A DNA stretch of 64,000 nt, taken from the NCBI GenBank assembly GCA_963422375.2, contig CAXXKD010000001.1, positions 416,001-480,000 of the forward strand. The letters run 5' to 3'. Both the position numbers and the translations under genes were made by a program. Below are positions 11,101 through 19,692 of this stretch, piece by piece. Position 1 is the stretch's first letter. Each line of letters begins with the position of its first letter. The notes below the pieces were generated by a model that did not search any database, was not told where the DNA came from, and worked only from the letters and a program-made list of their open reading frames with translations. This DNA is from Bryobacterales bacterium (GTDB taxonomy: Bacteria; Acidobacteriota; Terriglobia; Bryobacterales; UBA6623).

Positions 11101-11721
11101 CTTGTCGAGCCGGGCGATTACCAGATTCGCCTCGAGGAACCAATTCCCGGTCTTGGCGGAATTCAGCCTGTCGTTTGTGAGGATCTCGAACGGGAGCTGG
11201 AACCGGCGGGACATTTCGTCCTGCCACTGCTCGGCAAGGCCGCCCGGGCATACCACTAGGCAGCGCTCTACATCGCCGCGGGCGATCAGCTCCTTGATCA
11301 GCAGCCCTGCCATGATCGTCTTGCCCGCGCCCGGATCGTCTGCAAGAAGAAAGCGCAGAGGCTGGCGAGGCAGCATCGACTCGTACACGGCGGTGATTTG
11401 ATGCGGCAGTGGGTCGACCAACGAGGTGTGGACGGCCAGCAACGGGTCGAATAGATGGGCAAGGCGGATCCGCCGCGCTTCGCAAGCGAGCCGGAACAGC
11501 GCCCCGTCACCGTCGAAACTCCAGGGCCGCCCGTGAGTGACAACCTCTAGGCGGGCTTGGTCATGCCGGTACAGCACCTCGTTGCCGACGACGCCGAACG
11601 GTGTCTTGTAGGTCAGCTCGAGTGCTTCCGAGCCGTACCACTGCACGCTGACTACCGTGACCTCGCCGTCGGGAAGGACGCCGCGCACGACGCAGCGCGG
11701 CTTGAGGTCTTCGAGGCGCAT
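8152..11721 (-). CDS. SNF2-family helicase fused to C-terminal DUF3883 (PD-(D/E)xK-like) nuclease
   Basis: LLADDPGAGKT, DEAH, TATPH, AAGEGINLQ, EQRFGRIHRIGQ; C-terminal GYDIES...FIEVKG. Confidence 0.9.
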   Translation of the reverse strand: MRLEDLKPRCVVRGVLPDGEVTVVSVQWYGSEALELTYKTPFGVVGNEVLYRHDQARLEVVTHGRPWSFDGDGALFRLACEARRIRLAHLFDPLLAVHTSLVDPLPHQITAVYESMLPRQPLRFLLADDPGAGKTIMAGLLIKELIARGDVERCLVVCPGGLAEQWQDEMSRRFQLPFEILTNDRLNSAKTGNWFLEANLVIARLDKLSRDETVQEKLQAPDAAWDLVVCDEAHKLSATFFGGEIKYTKRYRLAQLLSGLTRHLLLMTATPHNGKDEDFQLFLALLDGDRFEGRFRDGVHTVDVTDLMRRMVKERLLTFDGKPLFPKRIAHTVPFKLSDDEDRLYSKVTDYVREEFNRADALANAKQARTVGFALTILQRRLASSPAAIYESLRRRRERLESRLRELEELQRGGKLEPALLFAAPELDRDDLDDLDDLPEQESHDAEGRIGDQATAARSIRELRAEIETLKQLQGLARVVRNSRLDTKWRELASLLGTKITSTDSATQAAARSVADSAGGASLSPSPPRLVIFTEHRDTLHYLRDRITTVLGRESAVVVIHGSMGRKERLAAQESFRHDPDVRVLLATDAAGEGINLQHAHLMVNYDLPWNPNRLEQRFGRIHRIGQTEVCHLWNFVADKTREGDVYERLLEKLDQAREALGGQVFDVLGKLEFQGRPLRELLLDAIRYGGQPEVRARLDKVVDQALDQDALRELLAERQLVHDAMDARRVQGVREEMERAEARRLQPHYIESFFREAFQRLGGTARQREARRFEVTHVPPAVRGRERVSGTGAPVLARYERIAFEKTLVAPPRQPVAALVCPGHPLLDAVIDLTLERHRDLLKRGTVLVDERDDGTGPRVLFSIEHSLQDGSVTRTGERRVISKRVLYVERHADGAMRHLHIAPYLDYRPLAADEPDVATILERAECKWINREIEQGVQSHAVVHVVPKHVAEVRDARVALIEKTKAAVKDRLTKEISFWDHRAEELKLAEQAGKSGARLNSAEARRRADSLQARLEKRLKQLDREAQISPRPPVVLGGALIVPRGLVAEMAGGAPVPEPPAKTQEAAARARSIVMKTERGLGREPTDREYEKLGYDIESRDPASGRLRFIEVKGRRSDADTITVTRNEILYSLNNPDNFILAIILFFDDRKPYVGYIRRPFRREPDFNAASVNYAMKDLLAMAEEPQ

Positions 11722-11999
11722 GGCAGAATCGTACCCATTGTCCCCGTGGGTTGACGTGCTGGGATACCGGGGCAACGGACGTCAGGGAACTGGACGAAGA
11801 CTCTGGCTCGGTTCGGACGGGACGAAGCCGTACGTCGGCTCGCGCGCACGACGAGGGGACGCGGGGATGGAGTCCGAGGCGCCGAACACCGGATGTGCCC
11901 AACTCGGTCCGGGCGCCAAGTCCCGACGCGAGCTGTCTTGGACTACGCTGACCAACTCAAGGTGGCCGCACGGAGCGCCGGCGTGCCGGTTACGGGGAC

Positions 12000-13385
12000 T
12001 TAGTCCTCGAACCGGTAGAGCCACCCGTCGGTGCGCACGTAGATCGCCCCGTCCGCGAGCGCCGGCGTAGCGAAAACGCCGTCCTCCAGGTCACTCGTGC
12101 CGAGCACCTCCCAGTCCGCTCCGGCCTTGACGACCGCCACCTTCCCGCTCTCGCCGAAGAAGTAGACCCTCCCGTCCGCCGCCACGGGCGACGCAGAGTA
12201 GCCGTCGACCGCCCCCGAGAGGCGGCCCCGCTTCAGGATGGCTCCGGTCTCGGCGTCGAGTGCGTGCAGAATGCCGCCGTTCTTGACGAAGTAGAGCGTG
12301 CGCTCGTACACCAGCGGTGACGGGATGACGCCGATGAGGCTGCGTTCGTACCGCCAGACTTCCCGCACGGAGAACTCGCTCCCGTCGCGTTCGAGGCGCA
12401 TCGCGGCGAGACGCGACGGTCCCGTGCGCCTCCCCATGATGTCGTCCCAGTCGACTTGCTCGAGAATGCCGTCCCGGTCTCCGCGATGCTCGGCCACGGC
12501 CGAAAGGAACGCATGCCCGGCGTACTCGGACGGTTCGAGACTGCCGCTGCCGTCGGAGTCTCGCTCCGAGAGTGTCGCGCTGAACTTGGACGGCGCCTCG
12601 AAGTTGTAGCCGAACGCGAAGACCGTGTCGCCGGCCAGCACCGGGCTCGCCACCATCACCCCGGCGAACCCGCCCTCGCGCAGGGTGCGCTTCCCGCTCG
12701 CGGCGTCGTAGGACCCGAGCAGTCTCGTGCTGACCGTCAGGATCTGCGTCCGGCCGCCATCGGGGCGGTAGGCCAGGGGAGTGGTCCAGCTGTCGGTTTC
12801 CGCGCGCTGAGTCTTCCAGACGGTCTCGCCGTTGTCTGGATCGAATGCCGCGATATACGACCCGGCGGCATGGTCGAGCTGCAGCACCAGCAATCCGTCG
12901 ACGATGATCGGCGAGGCCCCGAGCCCCTGCTCGTTCGAGAACGGCCCCAATTCGGTGCGCCAGCGCAGCTGCCCGTCTGCGTCGTAGGAAAGCAGGCCGG
13001 CGTCCTCGAAGAACGCGTACACGTTTTCGCCGTCGGTGACCGGGCTGGTCGAGGCCGGCTCGTTCAACTCATGCAGCAGGGCACCGCGCCCGCGTTCGAC
13101 CGCCCGTTCCCACACGAGCCTGCCGGTGGATCGGTCGAAGCACTGCGTGTACAGCCTCCCGTTCCCGGCCGACGTCAGGAAGACTCGGTCCCGGGCCAGT
13201 ACCGGAGACGACTTGCCGCGCCGGACGGGCGTCTTCCAGCGCACGTTGGTCGCGGGACCGAGCTTGGTCGGGAACCCCGAATCGGCCGAGATGCCGGAGC
13301 CGTTCGGCCCCCGGAATCGAGACCAAGGCCCGGCAAAAAGCGCGGACGCCAGCAAGGCAGCCAGCAATGCTCGGAGAACCAGCAT
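12000..13385 (-). CDS. Secreted PQQ-binding-like beta-propeller protein
   Basis: Signal peptide, WSRFRGPNGSG, repeated SSPV/ASP and TG..VW motifs, and an EF-hand-like insert DSDGSGSLEPSE. Confidence 0.85.
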   Translation of the reverse strand: MLVLRALLAALLASALFAGPWSRFRGPNGSGISADSGFPTKLGPATNVRWKTPVRRGKSSPVLARDRVFLTSAGNGRLYTQCFDRSTGRLVWERAVERGRGALLHELNEPASTSPVTDGENVYAFFEDAGLLSYDADGQLRWRTELGPFSNEQGLGASPIIVDGLLVLQLDHAAGSYIAAFDPDNGETVWKTQRAETDSWTTPLAYRPDGGRTQILTVSTRLLGSYDAASGKRTLREGGFAGVMVASPVLAGDTVFAFGYNFEAPSKFSATLSERDSDGSGSLEPSEYAGHAFLSAVAEHRGDRDGILEQVDWDDIMGRRTGPSRLAAMRLERDGSEFSVREVWRYERSLIGVIPSPLVYERTLYFVKNGGILHALDAETGAILKRGRLSGAVDGYSASPVAADGRVYFFGESGKVAVVKAGADWEVLGTSDLEDGVFATPALADGAIYVRTDGWLYRFED

Positions 13386-13481
13386 GCGCCGTTGAACCTA
13401 GCACAGGTCCTCTCCGACGCGGCCGAGCGCCTTGGATCTCGATTGAATGGGAGGCGCCAGGCTCGACTGTCGGGGCCGGAC

Positions 13482-14723
13482 TCAGCCCCACCACTTCTCG
13501 CCGTCCGCGAGGTGCGCCCGGACGACGTCCGGGTCGAGCTCGATCCCTAGACCGGGCTTGTCCGGCACTTCGACGAAGCCGTCCTGCGCCAGCGGTCCGT
13601 CATGCACGATGACGTCGTCCATCCACCCGCCGTCGAAGAAGACGGTTTCGCAGGCGAAGTAGTCGCGGACCGTCGAGGCCCAGTGGACCGTAGCCATGCC
13701 GTTGACGATGCTTCCGGTGTTGTGATTCGCGACGGGCAGGAAGTACAGGTCCGCTAGGTCGGCCATGCGCTTCGTCTCGAGAAAGCCGCCCGAGTTTCGC
13801 AGGTCCGGGTGCAGGATATCGATGGCTGCGTTGACCACGAACGGCAGCGCCTCGGCACGTCGCATCCAGTTCTCGCCGGTGCAGATCGGCACTGGCGACA
13901 TTTCGGCCAGGCGCTTCCAGCTCTCGGAATAGGCGACCGGAAGCGGATCTTCGAGGAAGCGCGGCTTGACATCCTCCAGGGCGATCGCCATGTCGATGGA
14001 GCTCCGCAGGTCGAATTCCCAGTGGCAGCCGATCAGGATGTCGTGCTCGAACCCGAGCGCGTCGCGGCAGTTCTCGAAGCCCTGGCGCAGCCGTCGCAAC
14101 TCGTCGCTCGAGAGCATGCGGTTCGACGGGTCGCGGCCCGGGTCGATACCCGGGGTGTTGCGCAAGGGGCCGAACTTGTGCATATTGATGCCGAACGGGC
14201 TCTCCTTGACCTGCTGCGCCCAGTCCCGCAGGGCCGCCTTGTCGAAGAAACTGTCCGGGCGCGAATGGTCGTAGAGTCGGACCCTGTCGCGGAACTTCCC
14301 GCCCAGGAGCTTGTAGGTCGGCACGGCGAGCAGCTTCCCGGCCAGATCCCACAGGGCCATTTCGATCCCGCTCATGGCTCTCTGCTGGGCGTGCGCGCTG
14401 CCGTCCGTGTACCGGGCGACCGTGTAGAGGCGGTCGATCTGGAGCGGGTCCTTGCCGACGAAGAGGTCGCGCAGTCCGCGGACTTCCTCCCGGATTCCGA
14501 GCCCGGGCGAGCCGTAGGCCTCCGCGAAGCCATGCAACCCCGCATCGGTGTCGACGCGGACCAGCGTGTAGGTGCGCGGGCCCTGCAGGATCATGGTCCG
14601 GATATCCGTGATCCTGACCTTGTTGCGGTCAGCGGCGCTGAGCTGGCGAAAGCCTGCCAGCCAGCCGGGGACGGTCGCTCCCGCGAGCGCGGAAAGAAAG
14701 CGGCGCCGGTTGGTTTCAGCCAT
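13482..14723 (-). CDS. Mandelate racemase/muconate lactonizing enzyme family protein with Tat signal
   Basis: NRRRFL twin-arginine leader; SGIEMALWDLAGK, LLGG, EDP, TGEN, PGLGIELD. Confidence 0.9.
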   Translation of the reverse strand: MAETNRRRFLSALAGATVPGWLAGFRQLSAADRNKVRITDIRTMILQGPRTYTLVRVDTDAGLHGFAEAYGSPGLGIREEVRGLRDLFVGKDPLQIDRLYTVARYTDGSAHAQQRAMSGIEMALWDLAGKLLAVPTYKLLGGKFRDRVRLYDHSRPDSFFDKAALRDWAQQVKESPFGINMHKFGPLRNTPGIDPGRDPSNRMLSSDELRRLRQGFENCRDALGFEHDILIGCHWEFDLRSSIDMAIALEDVKPRFLEDPLPVAYSESWKRLAEMSPVPICTGENWMRRAEALPFVVNAAIDILHPDLRNSGGFLETKRMADLADLYFLPVANHNTGSIVNGMATVHWASTVRDYFACETVFFDGGWMDDVIVHDGPLAQDGFVEVPDKPGLGIELDPDVVRAHLADGEKWWG

Positions 14724-14843
14724 CGTGATCGCCAGTATAGGTTGCGCCGCGCTCGGAATGTAGAGCTTGGGCGGCCCTTCGGCCCCTTCTCGGATGCGCC
14801 GCGCGACCGCGGCGAAGGCAGCGAACCGGCTGCCGCGGCAAGC

Positions 14844-15602
14844 TCAGCGGGCCGTGGCCCCGCCGTCGATCACCATGACTTGGCCCGTCACCCAGGCCGA
14901 CTCGTCCGATGCAAGGTACAGGGCCATGCCCCCGATGTCGCTCGTCTCGCCCAGCCGCCTGATCGGCTGGGTCGGAGGGTACGGCGCGTCCTTGTCGAGG
15001 TTCTTCCAGAAGTAGGAGCTGAAGTCGGTCCGGACCAGGCCCGGAGCGATTGCGTTGACGCGGACGCCGTGCCGGCCCCACTCGTCGGCCCAGGTCCGGG
15101 TCATCATGATCAGACCGGCCTTCGTGAAGCTGTACAGCAGCCCTTCCCGCTGGGGCCGCAGCCCGGCGATCGACGCGATGTTGATCACGGAGCCGCCACC
15201 CCTCTCGATCATCTTGGGCACCACTAGGCGCAGGAAGCGCACGGCGGACAGGACGTTGATCTCGACCATCTTCATCACGGCCGTGTCGGACACGCTCAGC
15301 GAAGGCCCCTGTTCGAGGTTGGTCGCGCCGTTATTGACCATGATGTCGATCGCCCCGAACCGCTGTTCGGTCTCGGCCACGGTCGCTTCCACTTGGTCGG
15401 GCTTGCCGATGTGGCAAGGGACGGCATGCACTCGCCCCTGCAAGGGCGCGAACTCCTCCTCCGTCCGCCGGAGATTCTCCAGCTTCCTGCTCGCGATGAC
15501 GACGTCGGCGCCGGCCGCGACGAAGCGCCTAGCGATTTCCTTGCCTATTCCTCGGCCGCCTCCGGTGACTAGGGCGACCTTTCCGTCGAGACTGAAACTC
15601 AT
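14844..15602 (-). CDS. SDR-family oxidoreductase
   Basis: [17 protein letters not shown] catalytic motif, [13 protein letters not shown]. Confidence 0.92.
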   Translation of the reverse strand: MSFSLDGKVALVTGGGRGIGKEIARRFVAAGADVVIASRKLENLRRTEEEFAPLQGRVHAVPCHIGKPDQVEATVAETEQRFGAIDIMVNNGATNLEQGPSLSVSDTAVMKMVEINVLSAVRFLRLVVPKMIERGGGSVINIASIAGLRPQREGLLYSFTKAGLIMMTRTWADEWGRHGVRVNAIAPGLVRTDFSSYFWKNLDKDAPYPPTQPIRRLGETSDIGGMALYLASDESAWVTGQVMVIDGGATAR

Positions 15603-16029
15603 CGAGTGCGACCTGCCTCCGAAGACAGGTTGTACCACGAGTGGCGGACCGGTCGCCGCGGCAGCGGTCCGCGCGATACCGGCCGCGCGCGGTGCTCGGC
15701 GGCCCTCGCAGGGCTGGGCTCCCGCGTGTCGTCGCCGCCGGTGGGCGGCTTCGCGATCGCTCGGGCAGGCTCACGTTTGCGGACGTGTAGCTCGCATCGA
15801 GGCATTGGCGGCCCCTCGGCCTGGCGAGCGCGGGCTTGCGGCGGCCTCACTTGCCACGCTGGCGCCGTCGCGCAAGAGGGCCGCTCGGCCGAGATCCTGG
15901 GCGTGCCGACATCCGGAAGGCACTGCCGCCCGCTGCCCGAACATAAAACAATCCGATCAGAGACCTCGGGACGTGTCGCCGGCAAATTGCAGGGCGCGCA
16001 CTCGGGCAGCCGGGTACCCTCGTCAGACC

Positions 16030-16622
16030 CGCAGGCGTGCGACGCTAGCGTACGCGGCGCTGGCGATTCTTCCCGTTGCTGCCTTGGCCCAAGGCGTCGC
16101 GGCGCGGGGCGTTCTGCCGAGGCCCCGGGGCGAGCCCTCTGGCCCGCCATTCCATGCGAATTTCGTCGACTCCATGCGAGTTTCGTCGACGTGGCGTAGG
16201 AAGCCGGGCTGCGCAGGCCGACCGTCTACGGCGAGGACGACCGCAACGACTACCTTCTCGAAACGATAGGCGGCGGCGCTCGGCTTGATTTCGACGGGGA
16301 CGGCTGGCTCGACCTCTTGCTCATGGGCGGGACGCGATTCGCGAACCCGTCCCTGGCCAGTTCCTTCCAGCTGCACCGCAACCGCGGCGACGGGACCTTC
16401 GAGGAAGTGACCGCCGAGGCCGGCCTCCACTGGGTCGGCTGGGCCTCGAGCGCGACTGTCGGCGACGTCGACAACGATGGCGACGCGGATCTGTTCGTGA
16501 CCTTCCGGGGGCGCCACGCCCGGTTCCTGAACGGCGGCGGCGGATTCGCGGAGGTGACGGAGGTCACCGGGTTTGCGGACGAGGACGTGCGCTGGGGATC
16601 CGGGACCACGTTCCTAGACTAG
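16030..16622 (+). pseudogene. CRTAC1/FG-GAP (ASPIC-UnbV-type) secreted protein, frameshifted and truncated by the IS island
   Basis: FVDVA*EAGL, LLETIGGG, DFDGDGWLDL, HRNRGDGTFEEVT, GDVDNDGDADL. Contains a 20-bp tandem duplication at 16151-16190 and TAG at 16197, and ends at the IR at 16620. Start position is approximate. Confidence 0.8.
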
Positions 16623-16880
16623 TTCTTGTGACAAGACCCCCTGAATTCTGGCCCACTCAGCATTTCATACTACATCCTGAGGTCGGACGAATCTCCAAAA
16701 ACAACATATTGGGCCCAAGGTCGGAAGTTGCTCAGACGCCAATCGCGACGATTCCCGCGGTCTACCCAGACGCTCCAGGATTTCGGATTCGTCGTAGTAT
16801 TCCAGCGAAATCTTCGCCTTGAGAGATTGGATCTAACGCCTTTGTTGTCAAGGGGATACGAGTCTTGTCAGGGGCACTAG
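16619..16880. mobile_element. Non-autonomous MITE-like element (~260 bp)
   Basis: Imperfect terminal IRs CTAGTTCTTGTGACAAGAC and GTCTTGTCAGGGGCACTAG, low GC, no convincing ORF. Confidence 0.6.
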
Positions 16881-16881
16881 G

Positions 16882-17395
16882 TAGTGCTTGTGACAGAACG
16901 CACAACCCCTTATTTTCCAAGCGGTTGCAGCAGGTCCGTGGGACGAAGATCGGGCCGATCCGGGCCGGCTTGTGAGCTTCCGGGGGGGGGGGGGGGCAAT
17001 CTTCGTTGAGGAAATTCCCGTGAGGACTGTTCAGTAGATCCAGCTCACCCTTGGCCAGGCCGCCATGGAGGATATTGATCTCGACGTCCGTTCCCGCGAC
17101 GATATCCCGGCCATCGTGCGAGAAATACAGTTTCGATTCTTCCGCGGGCGAGTCCGAAAAAATCAATCCTGAAGTCGGTCGTCCCGGCATGCAGCTGTGG
17201 AATAATCTCGTCTCGGGACTGCTCAAGCAGGGATTGAATCGCGACTATGACCGCTTGACGGAGCTGGTGAACAAGCACGCGGACGTCCGGCGCTTCCTCG
17301 GTCTGAACGCGACGCTCGACGAGCAGGTCTTCAGCTACCGGACAGTCAACCGGAATCCGAAGCTTCTTACGCCCGACCTCCTCGCGGAAATCAAT
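16882..17395 (+). mobile_element. ISNCY-like (ISDol1-type) IS left end and transposase pseudogene fragment
   Basis: End TAGTGCTTGTGACAGAAC; GTG at 17020 gives VRTVQ*IQLTLG...DLDVRSRDDIP, then GRPGMQLW...LKQGLNRDYDRLTELVNKH. Cut at 17396 by IS1595. Confidence 0.7.
16982..16996 (+). repeat. G15 homopolymer
   Basis: 15 consecutive G just upstream of the ISNCY-like transposase RBS. Confidence 0.9.
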
Positions 17396-18923
17396 GGGAA
17401 TTATATATCTGAGTGCCGAAGGAATCAATTCGGCAAATTATCAAGCCATAATAAGATTTCATATTTCTTCCGATTTTCCGTTGACATTCTGTGGTTTTTC
17501 TTGGTAGAATAGTTCCAGTAGTGGATGCCGTAAATGAAGAAACCAGGCCCCGGAAAGTGGTTCCGTAAAGGCATCACATTGATCGAAGTGATCGCCATGT
17601 TCCCCGATGACGAATCCGCGGAAAAGTGGTTCGCTGCCATGTGCTGGCCGGACGGTCCCGCGTGCCCCCGCTGCCGCGGCTCCAGCGTGCAGTCCGACGC
17701 GGCCCACCCTTCGATGCCGTACCGCTGCCGCGGCTGCGGCAAGCGCTTTTCCGTGCGTACCGGCAGCGCGATGGCCGACACCAAGCTCGGCTACCGCACC
17801 TGGGCCGTCGCCCTGTTCCTGCTGACCACCGGCCTCAAGGGCGTCTCGAGCATGAAGCTGCATCGCGACCTAGGCATCAGCCGGAAGTCGGCCTGGCACC
17901 TCGCGCACCGCATCCGCGCGTGCCGGGAGCGGGATCAGGGCCTGTTCGCCGGCCCGGCGGAGGTGGACGAGACCTGCGTGCGTCGGCGGCAAGGAACGCA
18001 ACAAGCACGAGAGCAAGAAGGCCCGCGCCGGGCGCGGGCCCGTCGGCAAGACCCCGGTGGCGGGGGTGCGGGACCGCGCCACGAACGCAGTGGCCGCGCG
18101 GCCGCTGCCGGGCACCGCCAAGGGCGACCTGCAGGGCTTCGTGCGCGCCCGCGTCGCGCCGGGGGCGCAGGTCCGCTCCGACGAGGCGGCGGCCTGCGCC
18201 GGCATGGCGGAGTTCCCGCGCGAAGCCGTCAAGCATTCCGGCGGCGAGTACGTGCGCGGGGCGGCGCATACGAACGGCATCGAGTCGTTTTGGTCCCTGT
18301 TCAAGCGCGGCCTGTACAGAACCTATCACCGGATGAGCGTCCGTCATCTCGGCCGCTACCTCACGGAGTTCGCGGGACGGTGCAACGACCGCGACTGCGA
18401 CACGGCGGAACAGATGCGGCGCATGGCGCGGGGCTTGGTCGGCCGGACGCTGACCTACCGGCAGCTGACCGGCAAGGCCGCGGTCGCGGCCTGAGCGGCG
18501 CCCGCCGAGCTGAGCGCGGCGGCCCGCTGCGGGCGCGCTCTTCACGCTCGGTGCGCTCGGTGTGCTTCACGCTCGGTACGAGGGGCGCACCGGATCCGGC
18601 ATGCCCCGGTGCGCCCCCAGTCCGGCCGGGACCGTCCATGCAGGCCGTCGAGTGCCGGGGATCCGCTGTCTTCGGCCCTCCGAGGGCCTGCAATCGGCTT
18701 GCAAGGCGTGCCCTGCCACCGCCAACCGGGTTCCGCCGGGGCATGCGAGGCGGCCTCTCTAGTCCGTTCCTCGTCAAATCCGCTGGCAGGCTCGATTCAG
18801 ATACGATCCCACCCCTCTGTGCCCATCGCGGCCGCACTCGAATGACCCGAGCTCGACACCGACCTCCCTGCTCAGAGCAGTTCTAGTCGGACATGGCGTC
18901 GTCGGCACTCAGATATATAGTGC
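17396..18923 (+). mobile_element. IS1595-family element copy 1 (transposase 17534-18494, frameshifted)
   Basis: IRL GGGAATTATATATCTGAGTGCCGA; IRR TCGGCACTCAGATATATAGTGC at 18902-18923. Zn-ribbon CPRC/CRGC, EVDET, HTNGIESFWS. A 4-bp TGCG duplication at ~17975-17982 breaks the frame. Confidence 0.9.
17481..17510 (+). promoter_or_regulatory. sigma70-type promoter of the IS1595 transposase
   Basis: TTGACA-N18-TAGAAT; both hexamers are conserved in copy 2 (19575-19604, minus strand) while the spacer differs. Confidence 0.75.
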
Positions 18924-18967
18924 TTGTGACAAAACCCTGATATTTTGGGAATTCTAGCTGATAGATC

Positions 18968-19689
18968 CCGACCGGTGCCCGGCAGCGGCCGCGCGGCCAC
19001 TGCGTTCGTGGCGCGGTCCCGCACCCCCGCCACGGGCGTCTTGCCGACGGGCCCGCGCCCGGCGCGGGCCTTCTTGCTCTCGTGCTTGTTGCGCTCCTTG
19101 CCGCCGACGCAGGTCTCGTCCACCTCCGCCGGGCCGGCGAACAGGCCCTGTTCGCGCTCCCAGCACGCGCGGATGCGGTGCGCGAGGTGCCAGGCCGACT
19201 TCCGGCTGATGCCCGGGTCGCGGTGCAGCTTCATGCTGGAGACGCCCTTGATGCCGGTGGTCAGCAGGAACAGGGCGACGGCCCAGGTGCGCTAGCCGAG
19301 CTTGGTGTCGGCCATCGCGCTGCCGGCGCGCACGGAAAAGCGCTTGCCGCAGCCGCGGCAACGGTACGGCATCGAAGGGTGGGCCGTGCCGGACTGCACG
19401 CTGGAGCCGCGGCAGTGGGGGCATACCGGACCGTCGGGCCAGCGCATGGAGGCGACCACTTTTCCGCGGATTCGTCATCGCGGAACATGGCGATCACTTC
19501 AATCAGAGTGATGCCTTTACGAAACCACTTCCCTGGACTTTTCTGCTTCATGGACGACCTCATACATTGGAACTATTCTATCAAAATACTCCACCGAATG
19601 TCAACAGATCTCCGGAAGAAATATGAAATTAATTTATGGAATGATAATTTGCAAAATCGGTTGCCTCGGCACTCAGATATATAATTCCC
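18968..19689 (-). mobile_element. IS1595-family element copy 2, inverted, 3'-truncated pseudogene
   Basis: IRL at 19666-19689 is a perfect 24-bp inverted match to 17396-17419. ATG 19551 gives MKQKSPGKWFRKGITLIEV, followed by a frameshift, an internal TAG and truncation near 18970. Confidence 0.88.
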
Positions 19690-19692
19690 AAC

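Noticed and set aside
1829..19294. Amber (TAG) recoding, suggested by in-frame TAGs in DUF4276, FG-GAP, ISNCY-like and IS1595 genes
   Set aside because: Intact genes (bshC, fabH, Rrf2, aminotransferase) end properly at TAG, and three of the four affected genes also carry frameshifts. Ordinary nonsense mutations explain it.
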